Shown here piece after piece: positions 9,831 through 18,992 of a stretch of 48,876 nucleotides of DNA. The stretch is from Patescibacteria group bacterium (lineage in GTDB: Bacteria; Patescibacteriota; Microgenomatia; Levybacterales; UBA12049), in NCBI GenBank assembly GCA_026004395.1, contig BPJB01000001.1, positions 1,035,226 to 1,084,101 on the forward strand. Direction: 5' to 3'. Both the position numbers and the translations under genes were made by a program. The notes below the pieces were generated by a model. The model did not search any database and was not told where the DNA came from. It was given only the letters and a program-made list of their open reading frames with translations. Positions within the stretch are counted from its first letter, which is position 1. Each line of letters begins with the position of its first letter.

Positions 9831-9859
9831 ATTGTAGGAATTTTTTACAATTTAATCAA
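9831..9859 (-). promoter_or_regulatory. Promoter of the 435-aa regulator with leaderless geometry
   Basis: On the minus strand: TTGATT (9859-9854), 17-nt spacer, TACAAT (9836-9831), then exactly 6 nt to the ATG at 9824. Confidence 0.5.
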
Positions 9860-9877
9860 TGCACTATTTCCCCCACC

Positions 9878-11236
9878 TCAACTCTGACGAAGATGAGAAT
9901 AAACCAGTGATAATTTACTTATACCTCTTACACCGGACGCAGGATAAAAGTGAAGATCATTTCCTGGAAGAAGACGATCTAAAGTCTGTTCAACAGTGGG
10001 TTGAACATTATATCCTTTCCAAAAAACAGAACCCTCAACCGGAAGATGTACTGTACCTCCTTCATAACCCGCAGCAGTAACTGCAGATCCAATCATTACC
10101 CCAATAACTTGTCCTGCCTGTCTCATACCTCCTCTGCAACTTCTCAGAAGAATTCCATATTCTTCCAAAGATAAAGATGGTATTTTTTCTCTGAGCTTAA
10201 GATAATCCAGATTACAACTTGCAATATCACTCACAAATGTTCCGTTCTCACCATCGCGTAACATCTCAGCAAGATCTTCAGCATGTGTCCTGTTAAGTAT
10301 TCCTTTTTCTCCAAGAAGCAACATTGCTGCTGCAATACGAAAACGTATCCTGTCTCCTCCAACCCATATCTTGGTCAATGGTTTATCTGAGCCCACATAA
10401 CCTCTCTCTGCCATCTTCTCAAGTATGGCATCCTTTTTAAAAACCACTGTATTGCTCTCTTGTAAATTAAATCGCCCAATAGCTGCGTTGCTTCCTGTAC
10501 CAAATACAAAACCCACAGGTATTACTACATCAGATTGAGAACTAGAAACATCATGCACAACAGCATTGGTATCGTTTTGAAAATAAACTTCAGTCACTTG
10601 AGGAAATCCTCGATAAGAAAGCGCTGTGAGAAGCTTCTCTCCCAGATAAGGTTGGTCTTCAGGGGAAAGTGAAGTATCAAGATCAGTAATTCTCCAATTT
10701 GATGGCTGTTCATAGATTTGTCCATCAAAACCCCTCTCTGTTTTGGATGAACGATAAGCAAACCCCACTGACCCACCTACTGCTGTAATATCCGACACAT
10801 CGCGATCGCCTATGCCATGAGCCATATGATCAGCTATAAGTCCGACAAATTCATCTAAAGTATGTGCACGTTGTGTTTTGGGGATAGATCCGTTATTGAT
10901 AACCTCAAGATCAACATCTACTCCTTCTTTTTTTTCAGCAATTGCTGTTAACCAGCTTGTTCCTCCATATGCACCCGCTAAAACCCTTTTACCCTTCGGA
11001 ACAGAAGATATTTGTTCACGAGTTATTGGCTCAACACACGATGGAATAGCAGGAACACCTCCATCAGATGTTGTTGGCTCTCCTTGACGAGTGATACCAA
11101 TCTGAATCTGACGTGTGAGTTTTTTATAGGCATCAGTTAGTTCTTGAGGGGAAAATTCTCTCAGCCCTATTTCAGTGAGCGCGTCTGTTTCATTGAACAA
11201 ATGACAATCCTTGCGCTCCTTAAGATAAGATAACAT
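9878..11236 (-). CDS. Hexokinase-family (ASKHA fold) sugar kinase-like protein, divergent
   Basis: Order-conserved blocks against eukaryote-type hexokinase: LAGAYGGTS (phosphate-1), SVGFAYRS, QNDTNAV, GFVFGTGSNAA (phosphate-2), VEGSVFWKGY (adenosine). Confidence 0.6.
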   Translation of the reverse strand: MLSYLKERKDCHLFNETDALTEIGLREFSPQELTDAYKKLTRQIQIGITRQGEPTTSDGGVPAIPSCVEPITREQISSVPKGKRVLAGAYGGTSWLTAIAEKKEGVDVDLEVINNGSIPKTQRAHTLDEFVGLIADHMAHGIGDRDVSDITAVGGSVGFAYRSSKTERGFDGQIYEQPSNWRITDLDTSLSPEDQPYLGEKLLTALSYRGFPQVTEVYFQNDTNAVVHDVSSSQSDVVIPVGFVFGTGSNAAIGRFNLQESNTVVFKKDAILEKMAERGYVGSDKPLTKIWVGGDRIRFRIAAAMLLLGEKGILNRTHAEDLAEMLRDGENGTFVSDIASCNLDYLKLREKIPSLSLEEYGILLRSCRGGMRQAGQVIGVMIGSAVTAAGYEGGTVHLPVEGSVFWKGYNVQPTVEQTLDRLLPGNDLHFYPASGVRGISKLSLVYSHLRQS

Positions 11237-11244
11237 AGATTGTT

Positions 11245-11250
11245 ATTATA
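11245..11250 (-). promoter_or_regulatory. Perfect -10 (TATAAT) for the hexokinase-like gene
   Basis: Minus-strand TATAAT lies 8 nt upstream of the ATG at 11236. There is no good -35. The heptamer repeat array starts at the -35 position. Confidence 0.45.
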
Positions 11251-11269
11251 ACTTAACAAATTAGATGAG

Positions 11270-11310
11270 CTTGACATGAGTCTGACACCAAATCTGACAA
11301 AAATCTGACA
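11270..11310. promoter_or_regulatory. Four direct heptamer repeats with 11-12 bp periodicity, pho-box-like operator array
   Basis: CTTGACA at 11270, then TCTGACA at 11281, 11293 and 11304. The last two are identical over 10 nt (AAATCTGACA). Read on the minus strand the core is TGTCA(G/A)(A/G). Confidence 0.55.
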
Positions 11311-11342
11311 TTTATAAATGACTTTTTTTCATTATGATAAAC

Positions 11343-11351
11343 TGTTATACT
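11343..11351 (+). promoter_or_regulatory. Extended -10 (TGTTATACT) for the aldolase gene
   Basis: TGn+TATACT lies 8 nt before the ATG at 11360. This supports 11360 as the start rather than 11318. Confidence 0.4.
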
Positions 11352-11359
11352 CCTTATCA

Positions 11360-12685
11360 ATGCAACAGGTTTTTACTTCTAAAAAAGATCTACAAACAAT
11401 ATTCAGTCCTATACTTACTTTCTCTCCTTTGAAAATCCATGACAGAACAAAACTTACTGAGTTTGGTATTGACATACTCGTTTATAACGCTGTTTTTGCC
11501 AAAAAAAACATTGCATCTATCTGTCATCAACTTATTTCTGATATTGCTACGATCTATCAAATTAGACCCTCTTCAATCCGTAGTCTTTATACGGCGTTTG
11601 GGAGAGAAGATATAAAAGGGTTCACTGTACCAGCAATAAATATCCGCACATTAACTTATGATATTGCCCGTGTTATCTTCAGACTCATGATTGCTCAAAA
11701 AATTGGTCCTGTAATTTTTGAAATCGCACGCTCTGAAATTGAATACACTCATCAACGTCCCCAAGAATACGCAACTGTAATTCTAGCAGCAGCAATTAAA
11801 GAAGGGTATCAAGGACCAATTTTTCTTCAAGGAGATCATTATCAGTTTAGTAAAAAACACTTTGAGGAAGACAAATATGGTGAGATACAACAGCTAAAAG
11901 ACCTTATCCGTGAATCAATCGAGGCAAAGTTTTTTAATATTGATATAGACGCATCAACACTTGTAGATTACACCCAAAAAGATCTTTTTCAACAACAACA
12001 GCTAAACAGTGAAATGACAGCAACTCTGACCAATTATATCCATCAAGTTCAACCACAAAATATTGATATCGCAACTGGAGGAGAAATCGGACATATAGGA
12101 GGCAGAAATAGCACACCGGAAGATTTGATAGCCTTTATGAAGGGGTATCAAGAAAAAGTGCCAACAGGAGGGATAATAAAAGTTAGTGTTCAGACTGGAA
12201 CAAAACATGGTGGAGTTATTCTCCCCAACGGCACTCTGCAAAAAGTTAACCTTGACTTCTCTGTCATTAAAAAAATCAGTAAAATTGCACGAGAGAAATA
12301 CCAGCTAGGAGGAGTAGTCCAACATGGTGCATCTACCTTACCATTAGAATACTTTGATTTTTTTGTCCAAAATGAGACTCTAGAAATTCATCTCGCAACC
12401 GAATGGCAAAATATCGTCTTTGATAAAATGCCAGACGATCTGAGAGAAAAGATGTATTCATACGTTTGGGAAAACTTTGCTCAGGAGAGACAAAAAGAAT
12501 GGACTGATGAACAATTTTTATACAACGTACGCAAAAAAGCTCTGGGACCTTTTAAGCAAGTACTGTGGGATCTTTCTGATGATGAAAAAGCTCCTATCCT
12601 CAACACCCTCTCTCAGACTTTCTCACTCATTTTTGAAAAGCTTGGTATTTTCAATACTCAACACATTGTTCAAAAATATATCTAA
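11360..12685 (+). CDS. fba: Class II fructose-bisphosphate aldolase family protein
   Basis: Blocks typical of F_bP_aldolase class II: PAINIRT, FLQGDH, NIDIDAS, GGEIGHIGG, VQTGTKHGG, VQHGAST. The ORF-track start at 11318 overlaps a TATAAA element. Confidence 0.8.
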   Translation: MQQVFTSKKDLQTIFSPILTFSPLKIHDRTKLTEFGIDILVYNAVFAKKNIASICHQLISDIATIYQIRPSSIRSLYTAFGREDIKGFTVPAINIRTLTYDIARVIFRLMIAQKIGPVIFEIARSEIEYTHQRPQEYATVILAAAIKEGYQGPIFLQGDHYQFSKKHFEEDKYGEIQQLKDLIRESIEAKFFNIDIDASTLVDYTQKDLFQQQQLNSEMTATLTNYIHQVQPQNIDIATGGEIGHIGGRNSTPEDLIAFMKGYQEKVPTGGIIKVSVQTGTKHGGVILPNGTLQKVNLDFSVIKKISKIAREKYQLGGVVQHGASTLPLEYFDFFVQNETLEIHLATEWQNIVFDKMPDDLREKMYSYVWENFAQERQKEWTDEQFLYNVRKKALGPFKQVLWDLSDDEKAPILNTLSQTFSLIFEKLGIFNTQHIVQKYI

Positions 12686-12836
12686 AAATTTTAAGTTTTC
12701 ATTTTTTAATACAATAAATCTGTAATCGAATTAATCTAAAATAGAAAAGATAGAAGTGGTCATTTACCAACTTCACATAGTTAATTGATAATCTCTCTTG
12801 CGCCATATTTTTTAAACAGTTAGAGTTAATATAAAG

Positions 12837-14018
12837 ATGATAAAATACATTGACGAACACCCAATTTCTGAAAAACGAATTCTGCTGAGAGTTGATTTTA
12901 ATGTATCTCTTAATCCTAGACACCAAATTGCAGATGATGTACGTATAAGACAATCTTTGCCAACAATTGAGTTTCTGCTCAAACACAACAATAAACTTAT
13001 TCTCATATCTCACTTAGGAAGACCACATGGATTGGATCTCAAACTTTCTCTTGAACCTGTAAAAAAACGTTTACAGGAGTTGCTTCCTGACAAAACTATT
13101 TATCTTTTACGTGATTTCTCAGAACAGGAAAGAGAAATTCTACGAAACCAGAAAGCAAATGAGATTATTTTACTTGAGAATATTCGCTTTTTTGAAGAAG
13201 AAGATATGAATGATGAGAAGTTTGCTAAAAATCTTGCTCAACTTGCTGATGTCTATGTCAATGATGCCTTTGCTGTATCACATCGAAAAGCAGCATCCAT
13301 TGTTGCAATTACTCAATTTCTTCCATCTTATGCAGGCCTTCTTCTAAAAAAAGAGGTTGAGACGCTAAGTAAAGCAATCAATCATCCTCAAAAACCATTT
13401 GTTGTTGTTTTAGGAGGAGCAAAAATTTCAACAAAAATAAAATTAATCCACAAACTTATAACACTAGCAGATTTCCTACTTTTAGGAGGTGGCCTTGCCA
13501 ATACTTTTCTCCTTGCTCTTGGAATAGAAGTAGGACGAAGTCTTACTGAACCACAAGAAATAGATGAAGCAAAATCAGTTTTAAGATTGGCAGGGGAGAA
13601 GCAAACAAAAATCCTCCTTCCTGAAGACGTGATAATTGGCGATCATCAGGGAAAGCATACGACATATAAAAAAGTTCAGATGTTGACCAAACACGACACA
13701 ATATTTGATATTGGACCTCAAACAATGGCGCTTTTTGGTCAAGCAATTCTGCAAGCAAAAACAATTATCTGGAATGGACCTGTTGGTCGTTTTGAAGTTG
13801 ATGCCTATCGAAGAGGAACTGATTTTATTTATTATGCTATTGCAGCAAACGAAAGCGCAATCTCCATAGTTGGAGGAGGAGAGACGCTGGCTGCGCTTTC
13901 GCAAAAAGAACATCTTGAGAAAATAACACATATCTCAACAGGAGGAGCTGCTATGCTTGAATTTATTGAAAATGGCACCCTACCTGGGATTGAGGCGTTA
14001 AAAAAATGTCCTTTTTAG
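12837..14018 (+). CDS. pgk: Phosphoglycerate kinase
   Basis: RVDFNVSL, ISHLGRP, the GGAKISTKI hinge region and C-terminal STGGAAMLEF are all canonical PGK motifs. Confidence 0.95.
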   Translation: MIKYIDEHPISEKRILLRVDFNVSLNPRHQIADDVRIRQSLPTIEFLLKHNNKLILISHLGRPHGLDLKLSLEPVKKRLQELLPDKTIYLLRDFSEQEREILRNQKANEIILLENIRFFEEEDMNDEKFAKNLAQLADVYVNDAFAVSHRKAASIVAITQFLPSYAGLLLKKEVETLSKAINHPQKPFVVVLGGAKISTKIKLIHKLITLADFLLLGGGLANTFLLALGIEVGRSLTEPQEIDEAKSVLRLAGEKQTKILLPEDVIIGDHQGKHTTYKKVQMLTKHDTIFDIGPQTMALFGQAILQAKTIIWNGPVGRFEVDAYRRGTDFIYYAIAANESAISIVGGGETLAALSQKEHLEKITHISTGGAAMLEFIENGTLPGIEALKKCPF

Positions 14019-14068
14019 TCTTTTGTCAGGATTTTGTTTTTTCCCCGTCATAGCATCGTCATGCCATC

Positions 14069-14395
14069 ATGTTACAAACATGTTATCTTACTCCTATGAG
14101 TGAAGTATTAAATCCGGCAGGATCAGAAAAACAAATCAATACTACTTTATTAAACAAGGATAAAAGTGATCCCAAACAAACACAGAAAGAGAATATAGTA
14201 TTTGCAAAAGAGATGGTTAAGCCTGATTTTTCATCTAATGAATCCTTACAAATCCCCTCTACTATTAATGATGGCGGATACAATACTGATAAGGCAAAAC
14301 GTATTGATTATGGATATCCGATCCATCTTGATCAACCGATACATTTTGGTGATGTTTTTGAAGATACTGATTATTACGATAAATTCCAAACCTAA
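14069..14395 (+). CDS. Hypothetical small soluble protein
   Basis: Only an ORF of 108 aa in an otherwise empty gap. No recognisable motif. The start may be the internal ATG (MSEVLNP). Confidence 0.3.
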   Translation: MLQTCYLTPMSEVLNPAGSEKQINTTLLNKDKSDPKQTQKENIVFAKEMVKPDFSSNESLQIPSTINDGGYNTDKAKRIDYGYPIHLDQPIHFGDVFEDTDYYDKFQT

Positions 14396-14402
14396 CAATA
14401 GT

Positions 14403-17198
14403 TTAACGCCGAGTGAAGTTTATGTGCAGTAGCTGATCTGTTGTAAGTTTACTACTATAACGCAGTTTGCCTCCCAAATCATTTACAGGATGCGTTGTTG
14501 AGAGTATTTTTGCTGAAAGAGGATACGCAATTGACAAAGAATAAGGATCATCAATAATCCCTGGCTGCTTACTCACCCATAAATTATAGGAGAAGGTTTG
14601 CTCCCATACAGGAAGCACTTCGGCAAGCTTATATCTTACTGTTAATTTTTTGCTTGCTTTTATGGGAATATTAATCATCATTCCAAATACAGTTCGACCG
14701 TTTTCCGTTGATTGTTCAACTTCCAGTCCAGAAGGTGGAATGAATTTTGAAGAGGTATAGACCTTAGGATCAGTCACTGCAGGAGGAGTTTGTTGCAACT
14801 TATCATTTATTAGTACCTCTTCTAAAAATGCTCCTTTAGGAACCAAAAAGCGAACATATGCTTTATATTCTCCTCCAAAAGAAGAGTTCTGAGTACTAGT
14901 ATTGGTGTACAAAATGGAGACAGTATTAATTATATGACCTTCACCATCAATTGCTACTTGATGATCAATTTTCCGTCTTAAATAAAAGTTGCTTTTATTA
15001 AGTCCAATGTTTGCCTCATTGATTGATAAAAAGTCATTGATGAGATTTTCTTTGTTTTCACGATATTCTTTAACTGTTGCTGAGAGTTGATTAAGAGAAT
15101 ACAACTTTTGTATGGTAGGATCTGCAAACGCAAAAAGCAGATGCTTTTGTTCAATTCCTTTGATAACGACTCTGATTAATTTCCCCCATTCTCCTTTATT
15201 TTGCAATAGACGCGCTTCAATCGCATGACGTAAAGTATTAAGAAAATCTTTTTTCTGTGTTGAGCCTGGGAAAAAATCTTTCTCCACATGGCGTTGTGTA
15301 ACCAAAAATATATTATCCTTATTTACAGTTTCATTATAATCAGGAAGTTCCAATGGTCCGATCTCCTCTAAAAGCATGCTCAGCAAAGTAACATCAATGG
15401 CTATTATGCCATCTACCTCTCTTCCTGTTTCTAACTTAAAAAAATTAGCAACATTGGCAGCACTCGTTGGAAAATCAGGGGAATAGTTACTATCTCTTAA
15501 ATACCAATGATTAACACCCATATATCTTTGCAATGCAAAAGGGGGATCAATATGTTGTCTAAATTTTCCATCCGCATCGTAAACATCAAACACTTCCAAT
15601 GACTGTATCTGTCCTTTTTCTATCTCTAATATTCCATAAGATCCAATAAAACCACCCGTAGGTCTAAGCTCAAAATTATTTTGCAATAAAACAAGATAAG
15701 TTTGTTTTTTATCAAATCCTAAAAGGGCAGGATAGGACTCGCTGGTGTTCAGAAAAAGCGTAATTGCTTTCTCCATTGATGCTAGCTTCTTCTTATAAGA
15801 AGAAGCTAGCCTACCTTCTGCCTGTAAGCGATAGATTTTGCTTATCGCTTCTTTTACTTGACTCATTCCTACAAGAAAATCGTCTTTGGGGTTTTTACTT
15901 TTTGCGTTAAAAACACTGGTTATTTTTTCTATGCCTCCTACGCCAAGGATCACGCTTTCAGCAAGATCACCTCCTGTATGGATCATTGTCTGAAATCCGA
16001 TTATTTCTTCTGATACTCCAAATACCTTGAGTACAGAGTGAAGAATATTGGATGAGTGATCAGCAATAGTGAAAAAAGATGCAGACGCATTTGCGTAGCG
16101 CTCAGCAGTAGGCAACTCCCCCTTTTCAATCGTCTTCTGAGCTTGAATAAGAAAGAATCCTCCAAGCAGTGCACATCCCACGCTGGATAAAATAGGCAAG
16201 GAAAGCATAAAAGAGAAAAGAGATAAAAAGAGAAATACTGATCTTTTTTGTCTGCTCTGAAAAAGTTGAGAAGTCTTAGTATGGCTTTTCTCCTTTGAAG
16301 AAGAGAGGGGTGTATGGGTAAGATCAATCTGCTTTAATCTTCTCTCCAAAGGATAAGCTGAGAAAACTGGTATTCCATCAGGGAGAGTAACTTGTGGCAG
16401 AGATTGTCTTTGCTTTACAAAATCGACTGATAGGAGCGGGTAGAGCTTTTGAAGAATACGTGCAACTGTTAGTTGTGTAACTCCGTGGATTGGATAAATG
16501 AGAAATACAGAAGAAAGAGGAGAATCTGAAAAAACAATCTCCAGAACAGCATCCACTACATCTGCATCCAGTATGGGATAAAGCATATCAAGACCCGAGT
16601 TAGGAAGATCTATCCGACCGTAAGTCTTAGCATTAAAAAGAAGACTCTTTACTGGAGAAGTGGGGGATAGAGATTGACCAAACACATCACCATAAACAAG
16701 AATCTGTACTTTTTCATAATGACTAAAAAGTATTCTCGGAAGATCTTTTTTAAAATGAAAAATATCAGTAAGAACAATAAGCTTTGCCTGTGAATCTTTC
16801 GCTTTTTTAATAAATGAAGGAATTGCATCCAGCAGCTCTTTCTCACCCTGATAAAAAAGGAAAATAAAAGGAAAACTATTATCAGGAATAACAGGAATCT
16901 TTTTTAGAAACGGGACATGAATAATGTTTTTTAATGGTTTTGATTCTTGAGAGCTAACCAAGAGAGTCAAATGCTTCTCCTGCAGTTTCTCTGCCAATAG
17001 AGGACCGATCTCTCCCTTTTTATCCACTATAAGAATTGGTCGATCGTTATCAGATTTTGCAAATATAGGTGAGGTCATAGGCAGTAGTATCATTGTAGCG
17101 TAGTCTGTCAAAATCCCCAAGAGATGTTTTTGCAAATAGATTACATTGATAACCCAATTCGAAAATTTTTCTTTTGCGAATGATGAAAAGATTGTCAA
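14403..17198 (-). CDS. DUF4012-type membrane-anchored envelope protein
   Basis: LLGFDKKQTYLVLLQNNFELRPTGGFIGSYGILEIEKGQI matches the signature block I recall for DUF4012. A central TM helix (VFLFLSLFSFMLSLPILSSVGCALLGGFFLI) is present. The start is uncertain: a TTG at 17198, with in-frame ATGs 35-40 codons later. Confidence 0.7.
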   Translation of the reverse strand: MTIFSSFAKEKFSNWVINVIYLQKHLLGILTDYATMILLPMTSPIFAKSDNDRPILIVDKKGEIGPLLAEKLQEKHLTLLVSSQESKPLKNIIHVPFLKKIPVIPDNSFPFIFLFYQGEKELLDAIPSFIKKAKDSQAKLIVLTDIFHFKKDLPRILFSHYEKVQILVYGDVFGQSLSPTSPVKSLLFNAKTYGRIDLPNSGLDMLYPILDADVVDAVLEIVFSDSPLSSVFLIYPIHGVTQLTVARILQKLYPLLSVDFVKQRQSLPQVTLPDGIPVFSAYPLERRLKQIDLTHTPLSSSKEKSHTKTSQLFQSRQKRSVFLFLSLFSFMLSLPILSSVGCALLGGFFLIQAQKTIEKGELPTAERYANASASFFTIADHSSNILHSVLKVFGVSEEIIGFQTMIHTGGDLAESVILGVGGIEKITSVFNAKSKNPKDDFLVGMSQVKEAISKIYRLQAEGRLASSYKKKLASMEKAITLFLNTSESYPALLGFDKKQTYLVLLQNNFELRPTGGFIGSYGILEIEKGQIQSLEVFDVYDADGKFRQHIDPPFALQRYMGVNHWYLRDSNYSPDFPTSAANVANFFKLETGREVDGIIAIDVTLLSMLLEEIGPLELPDYNETVNKDNIFLVTQRHVEKDFFPGSTQKKDFLNTLRHAIEARLLQNKGEWGKLIRVVIKGIEQKHLLFAFADPTIQKLYSLNQLSATVKEYRENKENLINDFLSINEANIGLNKSNFYLRRKIDHQVAIDGEGHIINTVSILYTNTSTQNSSFGGEYKAYVRFLVPKGAFLEEVLINDKLQQTPPAVTDPKVYTSSKFIPPSGLEVEQSTENGRTVFGMMINIPIKASKKLTVRYKLAEVLPVWEQTFSYNLWVSKQPGIIDDPYSLSIAYPLSAKILSTTHPVNDLGGKLRYSSKLTTDQLLHINFTRR

Positions 17199-17254
17199 TA
17201 AGCTCTAATTTAGAATATATTCGATGAAATTTTACTTCTTGTAAATCAAATCTT

Positions 17255-18589
17255 TTACCCTTTTAAAGAAAAGCGAGAGAGCATAAATGCTATAAGAAGC
17301 GAGAGTAATATTCTGCCCTGATGGAGAGTATACAGATAATGATCAAACATTCCCAAAAATATAATGAGGAAAAAAAGTGCAAATTTTCCTTCTCTAACCA
17401 AAGAAGGGGAATCTTTGATCCTTTTAAAAAGCCGGACAAGAAATATAACCATACTGAGAACACCGACAATTCCCATCTCTGACCAAACCAAGAAAAATAC
17501 GTTATGAACAGGTTGTAATATTTGGTATCTGCTCTCAATCTTTCCTAGCTGAATAAGGTAATTTTGCAGTCCCACGCCAAAAAGAGGGTAAGAGTCAATT
17601 ATGCTCATTGCTTGATTAATTTGTGTAAAACGAGATATAACCGATTCATCTGTCATTTTGAGCTCTAAAAAACGCGGTGAAAGACCAAACAGGATTAACA
17701 CTAGCGCTGATACTAATAAGAGAATAATTCCTCCTGTTAGAATATGTATTCTCAGAGTTTTCATTCTTAGAACATAAAAGATCAGCACAAGAAAAAATGC
17801 CACAATTGCACTTCTGCTCATACTCAATAAAAGTGCCATCAGACTAAGGAAAACTGCACCAAGAATAAATAACGCAGTTTTATTTATAACTTTCTTTTGC
17901 AAGTAGGGATGCAATCCCCAATAAATAGCAACTGTTATAACAGCTGTAAGAAACCCACCAAGTACGTTAGGATGAGGGAAAGTAGCATATGGTCGAAGTA
18001 CTAATGAACCAGACAGAGATGCATTGGCAATACCGGGTGTTTGTGCACTAAAAGACCGCTCGCCCAAAAAATACAGCCATCCTCCAACAGATTTCTGGAG
18101 AAAAAATTGAACAAAAGCAAGAGCTGATATCCAAATGGCTGCAAGCAGAAGAACACGAAGACTCTTTCTCAACATCCCTTTCTTAGAAAGAAGATGCGCT
18201 GATAAATAACTGAATAAACCATATTCACTAAAACGTATTATCCCTATTATGGTATTGAGCGGTTCTATAGAAAAGATTAAATTAACAAGAGCAAAAAAAA
18301 TTATCATTCCAAAAAGCGGCGAACGAAAAAAACGCCAAGGGAACTCTTTGAGTGAAAAAGCGCAAAAAAGGATAATTAAAATATCTGTAAAATATAACGT
18401 GGGAGCTAAAAAATCAATGCGTAGTCCTGAAACTGTTGCGAATGCTGGCCAAAAATGCTTTCCTAGTTGAACCGGAAGAAGTAATAATATAAGTAAAAAA
18501 AGAGTGTGGGAAGGATTACTCGCGAGGCTTGACCACCAATACACGATCCTTGCCCTCACCCATTGACTCGGTTGTGACACGGTCATCAT
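17255..18589 (-). CDS. O-antigen ligase / Wzy-like polytopic membrane protein
   Basis: About 10 hydrophobic helices and an LSMSRSAIVAFFLVLIF block typical of the Wzy_C family. The start overlaps the jag 3' end. No in-frame ATG/GTG/TTG occurs between the jag stop and residue 94. Confidence 0.65.
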   Translation of the reverse strand: MMTVSQPSQWVRARIVYWWSSLASNPSHTLFLLILLLLPVQLGKHFWPAFATVSGLRIDFLAPTLYFTDILIILFCAFSLKEFPWRFFRSPLFGMIIFFALVNLIFSIEPLNTIIGIIRFSEYGLFSYLSAHLLSKKGMLRKSLRVLLLAAIWISALAFVQFFLQKSVGGWLYFLGERSFSAQTPGIANASLSGSLVLRPYATFPHPNVLGGFLTAVITVAIYWGLHPYLQKKVINKTALFILGAVFLSLMALLLSMSRSAIVAFFLVLIFYVLRMKTLRIHILTGGIILLLVSALVLILFGLSPRFLELKMTDESVISRFTQINQAMSIIDSYPLFGVGLQNYLIQLGKIESRYQILQPVHNVFFLVWSEMGIVGVLSMVIFLVRLFKRIKDSPSLVREGKFALFFLIIFLGMFDHYLYTLHQGRILLSLLIAFMLSRFSLKG

Positions 18590-18974
18590 TGGAAAGAAGC
18601 AGATGAATTACACGACGTTCCCAAGATTTAAGAGAAGATAGTGTGTGGGCTCTTCCTTCCTGAAGAACTCTTTCTTTTGTTTGCAAAGCAAGCCGTTGCA
18701 AATACTCACTCCTATTTTTCTTGTAATCACCAACTTCCACTGAGATACGAATAAATTTACCCAATTTTTTAGAAATCATTAAAGAAAGAATCAGCTGTAA
18801 TGCTTCCAGAATCTCTCCGTGATAACCTATCAAAATACCGCTATCTTCTGAACTCAAAACCACATCTGCTCCTTCCTTAGAAACTGAGACATCAGCTGTT
18901 GCATTAACATCTAGTTTTGCAAGAAGCTCTTCTACTGTCTGTTTAATTACCTGCTGTTCGTTTTGCTCTGTCAT
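18516..18974 (-). CDS. jag: Jag/KhpB-type RNA-binding protein (KH + R3H)
   Basis: Position directly downstream of yidC. KH-like GYHGEILEALQLI block and an R3H-like C-terminal region. An AAGGAG Shine-Dalgarno lies 5 nt upstream of the ATG. Confidence 0.8.
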   Translation of the reverse strand: MTEQNEQQVIKQTVEELLAKLDVNATADVSVSKEGADVVLSSEDSGILIGYHGEILEALQLILSLMISKKLGKFIRISVEVGDYKKNRSEYLQRLALQTKERVLQEGRAHTLSSLKSWERRVIHLLLSNDDRVTTESMGEGKDRVLVVKPRE

Positions 18975-18992
18975 AGATCTCCTTCTAAAAAA

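Noticed and set aside
9859-10080. Plus-strand 73-aa ORF overlapping the 3' end of the hexokinase-like gene
   Set aside because: It lies entirely within the better-supported minus-strand ORF, whose conserved C-terminal hexokinase blocks map here. It has no motif or promoter of its own. Shadow ORF.
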